Source: Gloeobacterales cyanobacterium (GTDB taxonomy: Bacteria; Cyanobacteriota; Cyanobacteriia; Gloeobacterales; PMM-0068). Taken from it: 64,000 nucleotides of DNA. This document shows, in pieces, positions 60,882 through 64,000 of the stretch. The stretch spans positions 11,543-75,542 of the forward strand of contig JBBRSB010000025.1 in assembly GCA_038245785.1 (NCBI GenBank), written 5' to 3'. The translations under genes were made by a program, and so were the position numbers. How positions within the stretch are numbered: position 1 is the stretch's first letter; each line of letters starts with the position of its first letter. The notes under the pieces are model-generated. The model was not told the origin of the DNA and made no database searches. It saw only the letters and a program-made list of their open reading frames with translations.

Positions 60882-62201
60882 CTAATACAGCTTTTTCCCA
60901 GCAGTAAGAGCATCTGGTGACCGCAGGCTCTTCAGAAACTGTACGAGGTGTGCTTGGTCATCCGAAGACATTGCCTGGAAAGCTTGGCGGGAAGATTCTG
61001 CTTCTCCTCCATGCGCCACAATCGCCTCTTCCAAAGTCTTAGCCCGTCCATCATGTAAGTAAGGTGCAGTATCTGCCACGCCCCAGAGCTTCATCGTGAT
61101 AAACCAACGAGGGTTCACGCCTGTCACCTTGTTGTCAGAGAGCTGACCATTCTTCTCTGCTAATCCGGCTCCCATATCATGTCGCTTCATATCGCTATAG
61201 AGAGCCACCCAATATTGGTCATTTTGCTTAGGTAGGATTTCCTGTAAATCCACTTTGGTATCTTTCTGGCCCATCGCTCCTTCAATCGTTACTTCTGCCT
61301 TGTTGAGCGGCAGGCGGGAAATATGGCAGCTTGCGCAATTAGCTTGGAATAGCTTTTCTCCCTGCTGGACCTTCTGTTGCTCCGCCCTATCTTTGGGCTG
61401 TACTTCTTTTGGCGTGGGTAACAGCGCTTGGAACACACTCAAATCAGTGATTTGCTCAGTAGTAACTTCATTGACGACCCCATCGCCATCGTGGTCATAG
61501 CGCTCCCAATTCCCTTGCAGAGGATAGCGCCGCTTGAGCATTTCGGGAGCTTCTAATCCCGCATGTCGCCACATCGCTTCAAATGTAAAGCGACGAATCG
61601 TGCCCCGTGTGCCCTTGGCATGAAAGGGTCTAATCTCTAAGCCCGGATCTACCCCGACGATTTGAGAAGTATCCAATTCTCCTTGGGGCGTAGCTGTCAA
61701 AGAGCCAAAAGAAACACCCTTACTCACCAAAGCAACGGTCGCCGCTTCATTTGTGCGTTTCGCTTTTTCCAGAGCCGATTGCCGGACAGCCTTCAGATCT
61801 CCACTCATTTCCTGAGCCAAAGCCTGCACCGCGCCAAGACCCCATATGGCGGTGGAATTGCGTTCATTTCCCCGTGCCAGTCGCCGCTCCAAAGCAGGGT
61901 CTAGACCGACAAAGACATTTTTATTATTTTCTCCCGCCCCTGCTTCGCCCCCAATACTGTGGCATTCCAAACAGGTTTTGGCGTCAGGTCCTAAATGGCG
62001 TTCAGAAAGGACTACTTCTGGATTGCCCAAACGATAGCCAAACCCTTCACTCACTTTGAAGGTCCGTTTAAATAGAACACGACCCCGCTGAGATTGAGTC
62101 TGTTGTTCGACTTGCTGAGACTTAGTAGCAGAGGATAAGAGAACAGCGGCGCTACAGAGGGGCACCAGGATTATAAATGTAGCAAAAATGCGTTTGGGCA
62201 T
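60882..62201 (-). CDS. Exported di-haem c-type oxidoreductase (DHOR / peroxidase-like)
   Basis: Signal peptide; two CxxCH motifs (CLECH, CASCH); YSDMKRHDMG; LWGVADTAPYLHDGRA. Confidence 0.88.
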   Translation of the reverse strand: MPKRIFATFIILVPLCSAAVLLSSATKSQQVEQQTQSQRGRVLFKRTFKVSEGFGYRLGNPEVVLSERHLGPDAKTCLECHSIGGEAGAGENNKNVFVGLDPALERRLARGNERNSTAIWGLGAVQALAQEMSGDLKAVRQSALEKAKRTNEAATVALVSKGVSFGSLTATPQGELDTSQIVGVDPGLEIRPFHAKGTRGTIRRFTFEAMWRHAGLEAPEMLKRRYPLQGNWERYDHDGDGVVNEVTTEQITDLSVFQALLPTPKEVQPKDRAEQQKVQQGEKLFQANCASCHISRLPLNKAEVTIEGAMGQKDTKVDLQEILPKQNDQYWVALYSDMKRHDMGAGLAEKNGQLSDNKVTGVNPRWFITMKLWGVADTAPYLHDGRAKTLEEAIVAHGGEAESSRQAFQAMSSDDQAHLVQFLKSLRSPDALTAGKKLY

Positions 62202-62272
62202 GATGTGCGCACTGTCTCAAAGAAACTAATTGGGGGTACCTCCTAGTATTCCCATCTGAAGTCCCACCTGTG

Positions 62273-62998
62273 CTATCGCTTGCGCAGTAATTCTTCCGGT
62301 GTTATGGGTCCTCTGGGGCCTTCAACAGATGAGGGTCCTGGTTGTGGAAATTTGCTACGGGGGCCGGGGACTACTCTTGGGCGTGGGATAAAGCCAAAGC
62401 TAGATGAACCGGATGAACTGGATTGACCAGGAGTACTTGTACTGCCAGGTAGAACGGTTGGAGGAACATAGGCTGGTTCCACTGTTTTGGCCGTCTTTTG
62501 GGGCACAGGAGGCATCTGTTCTGTTGAAGCTGAAGGTGAAGCGGGTATGGCGCTAAAACCTTCTCCCCAGAATTCTCCATTGGTAAATGCCACAGTTGTC
62601 ACCTGTACCAAAGTTGCATCACCGGGCCATCCCATATGAGTTTCTTGCAGGCGATATTCCCAGCGCTCGCCTTTTCTCCAGGGAAGGTTTCTGTTTAGTA
62701 CGAGTTTGCGCACTCGCACCGGACTACTCTGACTGCTCAGTAGAGAGAAAGATACTTCTACCCACGCGACATCGCGCACATCATTCTGCTCTAGAACAAT
62801 GGATGTATCCCAGTTGGAATCCAGCAGTCCATCTTTATCTGCAAGGCTAGCAGAGACAGAACGAGTAACCACAGGCGCATTCAGAGCGTTTTCATAGAGT
62901 CCCGTTAATGGACGATAGGCTAAGGCTGGATTAGCAGTGATAAGCAAAGTTGAGATAATCAGAGTATTACGCAGCCAGTGGAAAATCATTGCCAACAC
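62273..62998 (-). CDS. Secreted hypothetical protein with a Pro/Ser-rich tail
   Basis: Signal peptide ending NPALA and a low-complexity C-terminus. Co-oriented with the di-haem gene. Confidence 0.65.
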   Translation of the reverse strand: MLAMIFHWLRNTLIISTLLITANPALAYRPLTGLYENALNAPVVTRSVSASLADKDGLLDSNWDTSIVLEQNDVRDVAWVEVSFSLLSSQSSPVRVRKLVLNRNLPWRKGERWEYRLQETHMGWPGDATLVQVTTVAFTNGEFWGEGFSAIPASPSASTEQMPPVPQKTAKTVEPAYVPPTVLPGSTSTPGQSSSSGSSSFGFIPRPRVVPGPRSKFPQPGPSSVEGPRGPITPEELLRKR

Positions 62999-63184
62999 TC
63001 TTAGAGGGAGCGTTTTACCCCTGCTAATTATGTTTCCCTCAGCAATTAAATCTCTCTAGGCTTTCACGGCTTTTGGTCTAAATCATCATAGTGGGCTCAT
63101 ATTCACCTCACTACCGACTGATGGTGCCTGCCTTGCCGAAAAGTTTGGAGTTCTGCAAGCATCAGAGGAGCCATTGTCCAGTGC

Positions 63185-63262
63185 TCAAGGCCCTGGACCT
63201 TGAAACCGTGCCCCCTCGACATCCGTCATAGCGGTGGGTGAGATTTCAATCCGGTATGTCAT
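63185..63262 (-). pseudogene. ParE/RelE toxin N-terminal remnant
   Basis: MTYRIEISPTAMTDVE overlaps the antitoxin 3' end, then the sequence becomes unrelated and stops. Confidence 0.6.
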
Positions 63263-63536
63263 GCTTTTGGCGCATCTGCTGAAAAGCTTCATCTAAGGGG
63301 ATGCCCTGACGCTGCTCAAATTCATCTAAGCTTTTACGAATTCCGGCTAGGGATTCTAGGAGTTCTATGCGCTCTAGTAGGCGTTGGTAGCTTTCAGCGT
63401 CTTGGACGATGACGGCGGCTTTGCCGTTCACGGTCAGCACTATGGGTGCCTAGGTGTCTTTCATGGTGGTTAAAAAGGTTTTGGCGCTCCGTTGAAAGTC
63501 GGATAGGGGATGAATGTTGCGAAGGGCAAGAGACAT
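63246..63536 (-). pseudogene. Phd/YefM antitoxin with an in-frame TAG
   Basis: MSLALRNIHPLSDFQRSAKTFLTTMKDT*APIVLTVNGKAAVIVQDAESYQ... Confidence 0.85.
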
Positions 63537-63780
63537 GACTACTGTTCAGTAGACGAATAACTATACGGTAATTCTTTGTCTACCCTGCTGGGGCACTATC
63601 TTGCTCTCTGGGTTCAACTCCCTGGCCTTGGTGGGGTCCCTGAAATAATTACATGGAGTCTATTTGGGCTATTAGCTTATCTGCTGCTTCACCTTTTTTG
63701 CTGTATTCTACTTCTGGAGGGTAGGAGGCCCTACTGGTTTTTTCGCCTATACCCTGAATGAGTATATTTGGTGACTCCAA

Positions 63781-64000
63781 TCATATAAACAAACTAGGCG
63801 AAACTTTGAATCGCTCTCCCAATAACTTCGCCTGCGTTTTACTGATCGCACGTCTACCGTTTACGATCTCAGACACCACTCCACTAGAGCCAAGCCACCC
63901 GATTAAATCTACTTGTCGCATGCCACTAGATTCAAGGATATGTTGTAAGATTTCGTGAGGTTTGGACTGTGTGATTGGGTAGTGCTCTGATTCATATTGC
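63781..64000 (-). CDS. HigA-like HTH antitoxin, C-terminal part (5' end outside the window)
   Basis: Manual translation gives YESEHYPI...PHEILQHILESSGMRQVDLIGWLGSSGVVSEIVNGRRAISKTQAKLLGERFKVSPSLFI*. Confidence 0.85.
   Translation of the reverse strand, partial: QYESEHYPITQSKPHEILQHILESSGMRQVDLIGWLGSSGVVSEIVNGRRAISKTQAKLLGERFKVSPSLFI

Noticed and set aside
47..63958. Many short overlapping or antisense ORFs in the track (e.g. 47..229, 2221..2535, 56840..57472, 63758..63958)
   Set aside because: They are shadows of longer, motif-supported genes on the other strand or frame.
1..64000. rRNA, tRNA, reverse transcriptase/DGR or cas genes
   Set aside because: No recognisable motifs were seen by eye. 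Small structured RNAs cannot be excluded without a covariance-model search.

Overview
This window looks like part of a large cyanobacterial plasmid. The GloVer-type repeats, Uma2 and Rpn/DUF4351 genes, and the apparent lack of HIP1 outside one island point to a Gloeobacterales-like host (inference). From left to right it holds: (1) a partial Sel1-repeat gene and a 108-aa orphan ORF between two 46-bp direct repeats shaped like tyrosine-recombinase core sites; (2) a 16.5-kb DISARM-related defence operon (SNF2 helicase, N6-adenine methyltransferase, fused DrmA/DrmB-like YprA/DUF1998 helicase-nuclease, RelE-like/UvrD helicase) that is rich in HIP1 sites, followed by a HEPN-motif gene; (3) a plasmid backbone with type Ib parA/parG, five TACTGCA repeat clusters, a primase-helicase, nine 18-bp iterons and a putative Rep; (4) two damaged Rpn-family genes, with a third near the right end; (5) an integron-like array (attI-like site plus two cassettes with canonical attC sites) directly downstream of a tyrosine recombinase that lacks the IntI-specific insertion, then a Tn3-IR-bounded mini-element, Uma2 and a serine recombinase; (6) a ~16.5-kb RHS polymorphic-toxin locus with one full-length signal-peptide-bearing toxin, six further toxin-tip/immunity modules and a core remnant, divergent from a secreted YD-hairpin + ~12 IPT/TIG + 7-blade GloVer protein; (7) a di-haem protein and decayed toxin-antitoxin genes. 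No rRNA, tRNA or CRISPR array was seen. Family assignments come from motif recognition by eye, not database searches.
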